From NCBI RefSeq assembly GCF_006345805.1, contig NC_043011.1, positions 54,014,464 through 54,078,463 on the forward strand: a DNA stretch of 64,000 nt, in the 5' to 3' direction. The notes below the pieces were generated by a model. That model was not told where the DNA came from. It saw nothing but the letters and a program-made list of their open reading frames with translations, and ran no database searches. A program made the position numbers and the translations under genes. The number at the start of each line of letters is the position of its first letter. Positions within the stretch are counted from its first letter, which is position 1. Below are positions 11,590 to 24,800 of this stretch, piece by piece. The stretch is from Octopus sinensis (taxonomy: Eukaryota).

Positions 11590-11835
11590 TGAAGGTTGTG
11601 GCCAATGAGGAGAGCAGATGTGATACCAATAATAATTGGCACACTTGAAAGTATCAGCACTCAACTACCAAATGTAAAAGTAGAACACCTACAAAAATCA
11701 ACATTGCTTGGAACTGCAAGAATTCTTTGCAGGGTTCTTGAAGCATGGCCAATAAACAAGTGTCACCTTAGTCTGCTGGCTGTGGACAGCTGATGCTTTC
11801 CACCATACCCAGCAAATAAGCATCAAATAGTAATA
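11590..11835 (+). mobile_element. R4/Dong-like RLE non-LTR retrotransposon 3' end (relic 2)
   Basis: WPMRRADVIPIIIGTLESI...LQKSTLLGTARILCRVLEA, followed by TAATAATAA. Confidence 0.68.
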
Positions 11836-11990
11836 ATAATTCTTTCTACTAAAGGCACAAGGCCTGAAATTTGGTGGGATGGGACTAGTCAATTATATCC
11901 TTGGTGAAATTTGAACTCAGAACTTGAAGATTGTTGAAATGCGACTAAGAATTTTGCCTGGCATGCTAATAGTTCTGCCAGCTTGCTGCT

Positions 11991-11993
<3 letters not shown>

Positions 11994-12034
<41 letters not shown>

Positions 12035-12240
12035 TAATTCTGTTTTTTTTTTAATAATAATAATAATAACAATAATAATTAATTCTGGTTTTCTCTTTTT
12101 AATAATTTTTAATAATAATAATAATAATGATAATAATTAATTCTGTTTTTTTTTAATAATAATAATAATAATAATTAATTCTGGTTTTCTCTTTTTAATA
12201 ATTTTTAATAATAATAATAATAATAATAATGATAATAATA
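11994..12240. repeat. (AAT)n with duplicated T-rich interruptions
   Basis: Direct inspection. Confidence 0.9.
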
Positions 12241-13210
12241 ACAAGAGCACTCAGAGAGAGCAAACCTTCATGAAGTCAACATCAACATCCTCTCAACGAT
12301 TAGCTAGAGATGATTTTTAAAATGTGAATTTCTGAAATAAACTTGACTGCTCTCACAAACGAGAAAACGAAAATTGAACCTGACTACTTTCAAAAATTAA
12401 GTAAAAAACTGGAAAAAATAATCCAGAATCCTTGCCTAGTACTGGATTGATCCCAGAATCTAATCAGTTCCTGCCAGTCATGAGGCCAAACATCCCTGAA
12501 AGTTTCATCAAAATCCATCCAGCAGTTCTTGAGATATCTTGTCTATGGACAAACAAACACGACTGAAAACAATACCTCCGCCTTTGCTAAGGTTCTGCAA
12601 GATTGGCGCCTTAATAATAATTTAAAATTTTTTCCACAAGGGCAGCTTGGGGGAGGGGATTAAGTTGATTACATCAACACCAGTGCATGACTGGTGCTTA
12701 TTTAATCGACCCTGAAAAAATGAAAGACAAAGTCGATCTTCGTGGAATTTGAACTCAGAAAAAGCACCATCTGATTGTGGCGGTTTGTCAGCCTCCCCTG
12801 GCCTCTGTGCTGGTGGCACGCAAAAAGCACCCACTACACTCATGGAGTGGTTGGCGTTAGGAAGGGCATCAAGCTGTAGAAACACTGCCAGATCAGACTG
12901 GAGCCTGGTGCAGCCTCCTGGTTTGCCAGACCGCGGTCGAACCATCCAACCCATGCTAGCATGGAAAATGGATGTTAAATGATGATGATGATGATGATGA
13001 TGAATATAACGGAAGACGTAATACTGTTAAGCATTTCACCCAGTGTGCTAACAATTCTGCCGGCTCGGCACCTTAATAATAATAACAACAATAATAAACC
13101 TTTCTACTATAGGCACAAGACCTGAAATTTTGAAGGGATCGGGGAAGTCAATTACTTTGCCCTCAGTGTGCAACTGGTACCTAACCTGCAAAGGATGAAC
13201 GAAATAATAA

Positions 13211-13596
13211 TGGAAGCACTCCGTCAGTTACGACGACGAGGGTTCCGGTTGATCCGATCAACGGAACAGCCTGCTTGTGAAATTAACATGTAAGTGGCTG
13301 AGCACTCCACAGACACGTGTACCCTTAACGTAGTTCTCGGGGATATTCAGCGTGACACAGAGAGTGACAAGGCCGGCCCTTTGAAATACAGGTACAACAG
13401 AAACAGGAAGTAAGAGTGAGAGAAAGTTGTGGTGAAAGAGTACAGCAGGGATCACCACCATCCCTGCCGGAGCCTCGTGGAGCTTTTTGGGTGTTTTCGC
13501 TCAATAAACACTCACAACGCCCGGTCTGGGAATCGAAACCGCGATCCTATGACTGCGAGTCCGCTGCCCTAACCACTGGGCCATTGCGCTTCCACC
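13211..13596 (-). mobile_element. tRNA-Arg-like-headed SINE (possibly octopus OR type), full length
   Basis: Minus strand GCAATGGCCCAGTGGTTAGGGCAGCGGACTCGCAG...GTTTCGATTCCC with A and B boxes; partial second copy at about 14280-14475. The family name is tentative. Confidence 0.65.
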
Positions 13597-16253
13597 GGAA
13601 TAATAATAGTAATAATAACAATGATGGGCTCCACCTTTGAAGATGATGTATGAGCATTCAGCTTTTGCTGTACGACCAGCACAAATGATATGTTTATAGT
13701 GATCAAATGTTCATGCTGCACGTTAGCTCACCTCCACCTTCAAATTGATGTTTTCTGAACAGGTATGAACAGGTCTAAACTGTGTGCCATGCATCAGGTG
13801 TTGAAGTGATAGCAGGGCAACGCAAGATGAAGTCTTGCTCAAGAACACATGAAATCATGATCTAGTGATTGCGAGTGCAATACACTAACCCCTAGGCCAT
13901 GTGCCCTCAACAACAACAACAATAATTATCATTTAAAATTTTTGCCACAAGGGCAGCATGGGGGATGTGGGGACGAGTCTATTACATTAACCCCAGAGCT
14001 CAACTAGTACTTATTTAATCGACCCTGAAAGGATGAAAGGCAAAGTCGGCCTCGGTGGAATTTGGACTCAGAACGTAGTGACAAGCAGAACCCTGCTAAG
14101 CATTTCATTCAGTGCACTGACATCCAGCTCACCTCCTTAATAATAATAACAATAACAATAGTAATAATATCTTTTCCCACCCTTTTCAAGCCTAGCTAGG
14201 CTCATGGACCCGGTATCCCGGTTTCTATGGCGTATGTGTTCCCCCCAGCTGGACAGGACGCCAGTCCTTCGCAGCGTTAGTCAAGAAACAGGAAGAGTGA
14301 GAGAAAGTTGGGGCAAAAGAGTACAACAGGGCTCGCCACCTCCCCCTGCTGGAGTCTTGTGGAGCTTTAGGTGTTTTCATTCAATAAATACACACAACGC
14401 CCGGTCTGGGAATCGAAACCGCGATCCTCTGGCTGTGAGTCTGTTGCCCTAACCACTGGGCCATTGTGCCTCCACCTTCGTCCTTTTAAAGCCTAGCCAG
14501 GCTCATGGGCCCGGTTTCCCAGTTTCAATGGCATATGTGTTCCCCAGCTGGACGGGACGCCAGTCCATCGCAGTGTTACTCATTTTTGCCAGCTGAGTGG
14601 ATTGGAGCAACGTGAAATGAAGTGTTTTGCTCAAGAACGCGATGTGTCGCTCGGTCCGGGAATCGAATCCACAATCTTATGATCATGATGCTGACACCCT
14701 AACCACTAAGCCACATGCCTCCACTTTTAATGTAAGTACCTGGACTCTTGTAGCTAGTCAGAAAATAAAACAACAGTTAAGAATTAATAGCTGAATGCCA
14801 TGTTAAGAGATCATGTGATAGGTTTGGTATTTATATCTGGCTGAAGATAGATCTTTCCTTTTTACATCACTTACCTCAGTAATGCTCCTGAAAATGACAT
14901 TACATCATTTTTGTTCTTCTTCCTATTAATCGATGGGAATCATTGATAATCTTATATTATAAAAGAGAAGCTGATCTCCATCTGTCTGTCCATAACAACA
15001 TCAGTGTGGAGAGAGTGAAGAAGGAGAGGAGAAAAGTTGTGTTGAGAAAGAAATACAGTGGGAGAGAGAGAGTGTATGTGTGAAAGATAGATACATAGGT
15101 AGTGTTGTCACCTTTTTTAACTAACAAATTTTGATCAAAAATGAGGAAATTTTAAGTGCAAGTCTGTCAACACAACGCAACACAGACTTTAAAAAAAGAC
15201 TATATTTATATATATATAATGCATATAATTATTTTTTTTGGCTGTGTGTGTGTGTGTGTATGTTTCTCTATGTCTTTCAACATATAGACAATGCAACACT
15301 GACTTTAAAAAGATACTTTCTCTTTGAACAATTTCTGAAGGTACGTGCATGAGTAACAAATATTTGTACCTGTAGCATAGTGACAGGTAAAGACTTAGTT
15401 ATTGTTAAAAAATAAATAGTAAATGCTTAAGTGAAGTTAAACAGTCTGCTTTGCAAAGGCTAACATTTGCCTTCCATACTGCTATTGTTTTAATTTCAAA
15501 ACACGATTGCAAATCAAATTACTTGTCACACAAAAACATTTCCAAAATTATAATTACAGTCGAGTTTGAATCAGTGAAACATTTTCTAAATTAGTAACAC
15601 CAATCCTGTGAAGGAACATTAATTTAAAACATCTCCAGAATTCTCACCAAACAACTAAAAATCATACCTGCTCCCTGCCATGGTGTTATACTTCTTTTAA
15701 TTAACCACAATTAATTAAAAATTCATTTCAGGTTCAGGGTTGTCTCCCCTTCCTTTTCTGACCAGATTTAATCATTCCAAAAATGATTGTTCTTATCCCT
15801 GATGGTTACAATTTTAATTAATTATATCTTCTTGGCTTACTACATCGAGTATGCTAGCACCTACTTTACTGTTCCGGTTTCATGCAGATGGTGTGTCTAG
15901 CTGTTTCCACTGACCACCCACAGTCATAATTTTAAAACGTTTACTTTGTGATTTTTTCTTCTATTATCACATTTTTTCATATTTTTTTTTTTGTTACATT
16001 TTTTAGGGGTTTGGGTCATACATTTTATAGCTCTTTATTTTAATCATTTTTTTTTTTCGTTTCATTTTAAATTTGAAACATTCTAGCAAGAAAACTGTTG
16101 AAAGTTTTAAAATACACATAAAATATGTGAAATTAAAATAAAAATAAAATTTCATACATTCATAATTCCTGAAACAAATTTCAAACACAATTTTAACAGA
16201 TCTTTTTTTCTGAATATACATTTTTTAAAACATGCAATTAATGAACCAATTGG

Positions 16254-16297
<44 letters not shown>

Positions 16298-17492
16298 TTT
16301 TTCAAAACACAGAAGTAAAATTATCACTTGAAAATTACAATTGTACAGAAAGTTCCTTTTTTAACAAGTTTTTTTTTTCAAGTAACACTACTGTGTAACA
16401 AAATTAAAAAAAAATTTTTGGGGGTCTTTGGACATTAAGTGTTTCCCTTCAAACTTTGTTTTTGTGACCTGAACATCAATGTTTTGGAACCGGCCCGTTT
16501 TCCATTACATTTCATACACATTCAGTGCTAAGTTGCTGAAGTAGAATTTTCTAGAACTTTCAAGAAGTTTTGAGAACTTTCTAAAAGTTTCAAGAATTTC
16601 TAGAATGTTCTAGTAACATAGATGGCAGTATGAATACAGGGATCATAAGCTCAAATAATTCAGTATACTTCTAGCAGTCCAAGTGAAGACAAGTTTGAGG
16701 AAAGCAAAATTTGAAGGAAATATTAGCCATTTTTCATACTTTCTAGGGGTAAGCAAGCAGGAAGTAACAGTTGCTACCCGAGGAAAAAAACCACATTAGA
16801 CAGTGTAATAAACTGTTGAATCATCCTCCTCCTTGGTCTCTGAATATCTAGTGTCCTTGTAGTGGTGCAGGAAAGATATGGTGCAAGGCTGTGGATTCTT
16901 AGTCTATGGAAATTTATTACGAAATATTGAAATTCCTGAAATTACCTGTAAATGCAGAAATAATATAATTGTATAGAATGTGCTCAAACAGACTCAAAGA
17001 GGCTGGTGTTGGTTTGCGTTGGCAAGACTTATATTAATTAATAAAATTTTTTTAATAAAAACTGTACAGTAAACTTGCTGTGGGGAATGGAAAAAAAAAT
17101 CTGACATTTTGGATGGATTCTTTTTCAGGGAGAAAACGAAAAGAGATAAAGAGAGGCAGTAGAGTTGTAGAAGGGGATGCTGAAAAGATCCTGGTTTTAG
17201 GGGTATCGTGAAAGGCCTGGTTAGAGGCCCAGTCTTCTGAATTCTTTCATAGGGCTTAGAAAAACTGAAGGACCACTGTGGTAAGTGTGTGAATCTGAGA
17301 GGGGAATATGTTGAATAAAATCATAATTAACTGCTCCTCCTGTATTTTCTTTTACCTAAAGTCTGGAACTTTTTAGCGTGTGTGTGTTTGTGTGTGTGTG
17401 TGTGTGTGTATAAATGTTATGTGACCACGTGTGTATCGTTGGCGATTTTTTTTCTTCCGTCTTCCCCTCCTTGGATATTTCCTTTTCCTATG

Positions 17493-17525
17493 TTTCTGAT
17501 GAAGAGCTCCGCTCGAAATGTTAAA
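17493..17525 (+). ncRNA. Minimal hammerhead motif (family 3) in a Penelope-LTR-like repeat
   Basis: TTT CTGATGA A GAGC tcc GCTC GAA ATGT T AAA: core, 4-bp stem II, stem III one transition from ACGT, 3-bp stem I. Confidence 0.6.
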
Positions 17526-17628
17526 TCCTCTTTCTTACTTTCCTTTCCTGAGCGTCCAATAACACTATACTTGTTCCACGTCCTCGCGTTGTTGTGTTTT
17601 CCCTTTGTGTTTTCATGTTTGGATTAAC

Positions 17629-17670
<42 letters not shown>

Positions 17671-18489
17671 CACATGAGGGGGTGCCGAAAAACCAGGAAC
17701 TTGTCAGTAACCATATTGTATATCCTTGGACAAGGACATACATTATGAAAGATGTACAGCTCTGCTGTGTTTCTATCTCTTCTTTCAACTTTTTCCCTGA
17801 TTAAAGATTCTGTCCAAAACATTGGATTTCCCATTGCCCACAGCAAGTTTACTCTCCCCTTATAATCGATTTTACTGACGTATATATATATATCTCATAC
17901 ATGCATTATAGGTGGTGGTAGGTTTGGAGGTGGGTGTTGTGTTAGCCAGGGCCTTGGAGTGGAATTAAGTCAGTATACTGGTAGTAGGTGGTGGTGGTGG
18001 TGGTGGTGGTTGTGGTGGTGGTGGTGGTGTACATTTGGTAAATCCATCGAAGCTAAGAGACAACCTTGTAAATCAGCTGATAAAATTGAAGAAAAATGTT
18101 AACAATAATGATATGGTTGATACTGAGGATAATCCATGTTAAGAAGGAGAGAGGATTATAAGTAATTTTTTTTTTTAATCACTTTTGGAATTATTTTGTT
18201 CATAAAATGCATCACCCCTGGAGAATTATGTATGTCAAAGACATCAAAGACATTCAAATAGTCACCATTATGTTTGTAAATTACATCGCTTTTGAAACCT
18301 TGAATTTCATACGTATCAACAGAAGTTACCATTTCGTTCATGATTTTGCATGATATCAACAACTTTCTTGGTCTTTTTTTTAAAACAATTTATTTTACTT
18401 TCTTTAAATAAATTCTACAAAACAAAAAAAGAACAAAAAAAAACAAAAAATAAAAAAAAAACACATCACCCCCAAAAGTGATTATATCC

Positions 18490-18538
<49 letters not shown>

Positions 18539-18801
18539 TTTTATAATGTTTAATATTTGAATCAAAAATATTTTATATTATGAGCTCAGATGATATATCT
18601 TATATCTTTTATTGATATAAAATATACATATGAACAAATTTCGAAATAATTGTACTTTTTATATTTTTAGAGTTAACATTTTGTATATATATGTGTGTGT
18701 GTGAGTGTATGATATCATTTGAAATATCTCATATATGCAATATTTAGATATATATATATATATATATTTTCTGATGTCAACCATTTCAGTCACATATGTA
18801 T

Positions 18802-18853
<52 letters not shown>

Positions 18854-18876
18854 CATGTGTATATATGTGTAAGTAT

Positions 18877-18921
<45 letters not shown>

Positions 18922-19163
18922 TCACAGACGCACAGACATACACACGTACATGATAATGATATATCAAGTATTTAATATTTCAGTCATGCATGCATGATAT
19001 TGGTTGTTATTTTATAAGAGTTGTGTATATATTTTCAATATTATATTAGATATTCGGAATCTTCGATGTGTAGATATACCTTGTGTGACATAATATAATC
19101 TCAAACAAAAAATATTTGGATTTGAATTTTGAGATATTTGAATCTCAGATATGGCATGTGTGG

Positions 19164-19206
<43 letters not shown>

Positions 19207-19990
19207 TTATGTATGTATATGTATGTCTATATATAATGTTTTCTGCTTGGTTCTCAGTCATGATATTTGGATAATATCAAATATCCAAAACTCATGTCTT
19301 GATATACATGTCTATATTTTATTTACTTTATTTATTATCAGAGATAAATTTATGAATTTTTAGATATTGTTTCATTATATAGTTACAATGTTTTCAGGTT
19401 TTATAATGTTAAGGAAATGAGATTGTCAGGCATTCATACCTTTCTTAAGTGCATTAGTGACATTTTAATAAATAAATAAATTCTCATTTCCCCCTTTTTT
19501 TTTTTTTTCAAGATTTCTCATCTTCTTTGTTAATGAGGCACCAATCATGAAAAATCCATTTATCTTTGTTGCTGTTGTTGTTGTTGGTGTTTTTGCTGTC
19601 ACCTGGCAATCATTCCTCTGAATAAGAGAAATATTTCGAGAATATTTCGGAGAAACGTAACAGAATTAACCATTTACCTATCCAAAGCATCGTCATAAGT
19701 TTATCCTAAATGTCCATGCTTGTTTTCAAGACTTACAGTTAGCCCTTGTAATCATGATCCGAGTTATAGAAAGCTTTCCTTTCATAAGTCCCAAGGTACT
19801 CTTACGGTCAAGAAAAACTGGGAATATTTATCATATGTGATGTATGGACACTGGAGAAATATGTCCAGTGTATCGCATGTGATGCACAAGACAGACAAAG
19901 GATTCATAAATGGATTTTTTTTTGTTTTTTGTTTTTGGCTGATATTTTACGGATATTTTGTTTCCCTTAATATATATATATATTATATAC

Positions 19991-20024
<34 letters not shown>

Positions 20025-20027
20025 ATT

Positions 20028-20329
20028 TCAGAAATAATTTAAGCTTCTGTTGCCACTCTCTGTTCTTAGTGTTCCTGATCGGGGACTGTACCCCATAAAG
20101 TCTACAAATTCATCGGAAGTTGCTCGCCGTAATGCAGTGGGAGACGAATGTTTTGGTACGTGGTTGTTGGGTGTTGCATTTTGGCTATGAGTTGGTTCTG
20201 TCAGGTCCAACTTTGCCTGCAGCTTTCTCTTATTAATGAAGATCAGCTTTACAACAACGATAAGCAGTATGCATATTGTTCCAAGGGAAATGCCCAAAAG
20301 GAAATAAAGTAGAGCCTTCTCTTTGTTTT
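20028..20329 (-). CDS. EVA1C: EVA-1-like last coding exon: TM helix and cytoplasmic tail
   Basis: caccag| (K)NKEKALLYFLLGISLGTICILLIVVVKLIFINKRKLQAKLDLTEP...GNRSLNYF*; EKA.LYF..G...G TM signature; TGA stop at 20030-20028. Confidence 0.92.
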
Positions 20330-21013
20330 CTGGTGAAATATGAAAAAAAGAAGAAAGAAAAATACATATATATTAATATAAATAAATTCACACATAATGT
20401 GTTATGTAAATGCTTGCCTGTACGTATACATGCATATATTTGTTTTAAATTTTGACACAAAGCCAGCAAGTTCAGGGTGGAGGGTAAATTGATTATGTTG
20501 ACAACAGGGCTCAACAGGGCTTACTGTAATGTAAATGTTATATAGTGAACCTGTATACCAATTATTTCTTTACTACCCACAAGGGGCTAAACACAGAGGG
20601 GACAAACAAGGTCAAACAAAGGGATTAAGTTGCTTAGATCAACCCCAGTGCTTAACTGGTACTTAATTTATCGACCCCGAAAGGATGACACGCAAAGTTG
20701 ACCTCGGTGGAATTTGAACTCAGAACGTAATGGCAGTCGAAATACCTATTTCTTTACTGCCCACAAGGGGCTACATACAGAGGGGACAAACAAGGACAGA
20801 CAAACGGATTAAGTCAATTACATCGACCCCAGTGCGTAACTGGTTTAATTTAATTGACCCTGAAAGGATGAAAGGAAAAGTTGGCCTTGGCGGAATTTGA
20901 ACTTGGAACGTAACGGAAGACGAAATACCACAAAGCATTTCACCTGGCGTGCTAACATTTCTGCCAGCTAGCCACCTGTATACCCCTTCCAGTAAAAAGT
21001 AGTAGGAACCAAC

Positions 21014-21269
21014 CATTATAAATAGACCAGTAGCCGGTCTTCAAGAAAGGGTCGAGAGTCGAAGAGTTGAGAGTCAATAGTTCTAGTCGGTGTCATGTGG
21101 AGATTTCAGCGATAGTAAGACAGGAGAAGTTAGTGTATTACTATTCTGGTACAAAGAGATGCAATGGTATTCGATGACGAGTAACTATTGTGGCTACTAG
21201 CATAAAACAGCGACTACAGTCCAATGGCAGTCACACATCACACCAGAGGGAGGAACCCACTTTACAACA
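21014..21269 (+). mobile_element. Possible truncated solo LTR
   Basis: TATAAATAG near the start, ends TTTACAACA; composition unlike the flanks. No partner LTR or TSD seen. Confidence 0.3.
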
Positions 21270-21346
21270 GTAAAGATGGGTGAAATGCTGCCAAGCATTT
21301 AGCTGGTGTGCTAAAAGTTCTACCAGCTCACCACCTTTATACATAC

Positions 21347-21729
21347 ACTAGCAGTATCGCCCGGCGTTGCTCGGGTTTGTAAGGGAAATAACTATAAAGC
21401 ATTTTTAGAGAGTTATAGCCAAAAAATAGAAAAATGGAAAAAAAATTATGGTAAATTTTTTTTGAGAGTTAAAAAGGTCGAGTTGCATCCCCTAGACAGT
21501 CTGTGGTTTGTGTTTCTGATTCTCGACCCCATGTCGAATTTATCGATTGTTTTCAGAACTGGGGGAACTTTTCAAAATTTTCGCTGCGTTAGTTTTGAAT
21601 TATGACATTGGGCTATGTGTGTGTCAAGTTTCATCAGAATCGGTTGAAAGCCATGGTCAGGGTGAGGGTACAACCTGACAGACACACAGACACGCACACA
21701 GACAAACTGCCGTTTATATATAGAGAGAT
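21347..21729 (+). mobile_element. Non-autonomous Helitron/Helentron-type element
   Basis: ACTAGCAGTATCGCCCGGCGTTGCTCGGG (5' hairpin)...GTTTATATATAGAGAGAT. Confidence 0.62.
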
Positions 21730-22139
21730 ATATTGCTAAGCATATATATGCATATATATGTCTACCTACAAGCCAGTCCACATCAGTGACCTCTCTAATA
21801 GCTTCTCACCCCTCTATCACTTATATCATTTGCCTCCAAACCTTGTTCCTTCTCCCTCTATTTCCCATTCACAAATCTTGACCATGCAACCGTCAACCTC
21901 GTCCCTTTCACCCATGTCTTTATCTCTCATGCTTCTCCACACCCCCATACACTTATTACTCGTTTATCACTGACTCCTTCCTCGATCTCACTGTATTGTG
22001 TTGTCCGTGTGACTGAGGAAAGCAGTGGATTTCCTCAGTCTGTCACACATTGCATTCTTTCATCCATTCTTATGGCTCGTCACTCAGTGACTCCTACCTC
22101 TTTTGGCTTTCCACTGTGTGAGGCCTTCAGTATGATGAG

Positions 22140-22302
22140 GATGGCAGTGAACCTCCTCCTCCTCCTCATCATCATCATCATCATCATAATCATGATCATC
22201 ATAATCATCATCATCATCATGATCATCATAATCATCATCATGATCATGATCATGATCATCATGATCATCATCATCGTTCATCATTGTTCATCATCATCAT
22301 CA

Positions 22303-22351
<49 letters not shown>

Positions 22352-22352
22352 A
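22140..22352. repeat. (CAT)n microsatellite
   Basis: Direct inspection. Confidence 0.95.
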
Positions 22353-23295
22353 TATTTAATGTCTGTCTTCCATGCTGGCATGGAGAGTGATTAACAGGAG
22401 TTTAGACCTCTTCTGTTTGCAATACACTGCGTCCAGTATAACTAGGTATACCTCAGCACTTATTATGACCTGTCCTCACCAATCCTCTGTGCAGTTCCCA
22501 GGTATAGGGCCTTCTCCCTACTACCATCCCCTTCACTCAGCTCCACCTTGTGATCTCTGAATAGGTCACTACATTGGCTCACATGTGCCTTCTCCTTACC
22601 CTCCAGTACTGCCAGTACACTCTTCCACCTTCTCTTCCATGCAGCCTTGGCTTCTGTCATTGCTCTTGTCTCCTGAGTCACATAGACTTCTGTCATATCC
22701 TGCCATCTGAGCCATGTTGCCTTGAATATACCTACCCATCTCCGAATACTGAACCCTCCTATTACTCTAGCCCTTATCACATATCACTCTTATCTCTATC
22801 ATTCATGCCTCTATCACTAATGCTTCTCACTCAGTAAAGAGGCAGAAGAGGTGTGCAGAGACGTGCAGAGATGTGAAGTCCTTTTAGTGGTGCTGAGGAC
22901 AGGGATACTCTCTAGTGCTGATGTCAAGAAAACCGTACCCAAACATTCTGTAAACTGCGAGGTTGTGAGGGCCTTTTAGTCATGTCAAGGATATGAGACA
23001 TCTCTAGCGTTAGTACCACATGATACCATGTGGTACCACATGGTCCCATGTTAAAAGCACCCAGTACATTCGGTAAAGTAATAAGTGTCAGGAAGTGCAT
23101 AGAAAGATGGAGTGCAAGCATGTATTCAGTATGCCTTGAATACATGCTGACGACCTGTCTAACCCATGCCAGCATGGAAAGCAGACATAAAATGATGATG
23201 ATGATGGTAATGAAGATTATGATGATGGTAGATCATTTTCATAACAATAAATAGATCTGCTTTGGCAGTTATTTTTAGCAACATCATCATCATCA

Positions 23296-23695
23296 TCATC
23301 ATCGTTTAACGTCCGTTTTCCGTGCTAGCTCAGGCTGGACGGTTCGACCGCGGCCTGGGAAGCCAGGAGGCTGCACCAGGCTTCAATCTGATCTGGCAAG
23401 GTTTCTACAGCTGGATGCCCTTCCTAACACAAACCATTCTGAGAGTGTAGTGGGTACCTTTTACGTGCCACCAGCATGGGGCCAGTCAACCAGCACTGGT
23501 ATCGACCATGCTTGAATGGTGTTTTTTTACTATATCCATCATCATCATCGTTTAACATCTGTTTTCCGTGCTAGCTCAGGCTGGACGGTTCGACCGCGGC
23601 CTGGGAAGCCAGGAGGCTGCACCAGGCTCCAGTCTGATCTGGCAGTGTTTCTACAGCTGGATGCCCTTCCTAATGCCAACCACTCCGCGAGTGTA
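23296..23695 (+). mobile_element. Two tandem copies of interspersed repeat family E, starting at (CAT)n
   Basis: CATCATCGTTTAAC...CTACAGCTGGATGCCCTTCCTAA...; further copies at about 12790-13000, 36830-37008, 43190-43337 and 50565-50795. Confidence 0.7.
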
Positions 23696-23852
23696 GGAAT
23701 TTAAGGTCTCACCGAGATTTTTAGCAACGTATTATTATTATTATTAGCTTGCTGTTGGTTCATAGGCTTATGTGACATCGACACAAACCAGGGAGGGAGA
23801 CAGGAAAATAAAACATAAAAAAAAAACAACAGCAACAAAACGCAATTATTAC

Positions 23853-24041
23853 TTTGTATTATATAGAAGACACCCAACCAGTCGGAGAGGACGCTCGCAG
23901 GCTGCTTCTTCACTTTACTCACAAAGTGGGTTGTGTTTACGCAATGCACATTAGGGTCAACGTTGGACTGGGTCTCCAAGGGGGCCACACTTGACGATTC
24001 AGCCACAGGTCCCTTCCTTCTCACTCCTCTCTCTGGAGAAC
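23853..24041 (-). CDS. EVA1C: EVA-1-like exon: membrane-proximal ectodomain, phase 1-1
   Basis: caccag| (G)SPERGVRRKGPVAESSSVAPLETQSNVDPNVHCVNTTHFVSKVKKQPASVLSDWLGVFYIIQ |gtaata; the SDW...Y.I segment precedes the TM exon as in EVA-1 proteins. Confidence 0.88.
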
Positions 24042-24079
24042 CTGGTGAATAGAGGACACGAAAGAAACAGAATTAATGC

Positions 24080-24800
24080 TGAGATGATGAGGATGGTGGT
24101 GATGGCAGTGATGATAATGATGACGATGATGGTGGTGGTGGTGGTGGTGGTGGTGGTGGTAGTGGTGGGTTGGAGTGGATAATGATGGGGCGATAGTGGG
24201 GGAGGTAGTGGTGTTTCTGATGGTAGTGATGGTTGTGATGGTGAAGATGTTGATGCTGCTGCTGATGACGGTGATAATGATGGTGGTGGTAGTGATGATG
24301 GTTTTGTTATTGGCAGCAGTGATGATGATGATGACGGTGGTGTTGTTAGTGGTGGTGATGATGATGAATATGATGATGATGACGATGATGATGATGATGA
24401 TGATGATGATATGATGATTATGATGGTGGTGGTTGCAGTGATGAAGATGGCAATGACAATGACTGATGATGATGATGATGACGATGATGATGTTGTTTAG
24501 CAAGCTGTGGAGGTGGAGAAGAGGAGGAAGGGGAGAGGGGGAGAGAAGCTGAGAAGGATGAGGATTGCAATGAAATTGTTGATGATGTTGAGAAGGAGAA
24601 GTTGCGTAACCAAAGGTGGTGGTGGTGATGGTGGTGGTGGTGGTGATGGTGGTGGTGGTGGTGTCGGGGATGGATCAAAGAACAAAGATGATAGAGAGGA
24701 GGTGGAGAAAAGCAGGAGAAGTAGATGGAAGAATGAGGAGGAAAGAGAACGAAAGAGGAATAGAAGAGGAGGAGGAGGAAAAGGAAGACATCACTCTGAA
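24080..24800. repeat. (GAT)/(GGT)/(GGA) compound trinucleotide tract next to an EVA-1 exon acceptor
   Basis: Direct inspection. Confidence 0.9.

Noticed and set aside
18156-18362. 68-aa non-repetitive minus-strand ORF
   Set aside because: No recognisable domain or splice signals; it lies downstream of the EVA-1 stop, probably in UTR or intergenic sequence.
22463-22780. 105-aa minus-strand ORF, possible LINE fragment
   Set aside because: No diagnostic RT or endonuclease motif that I can recognise; left unassigned.
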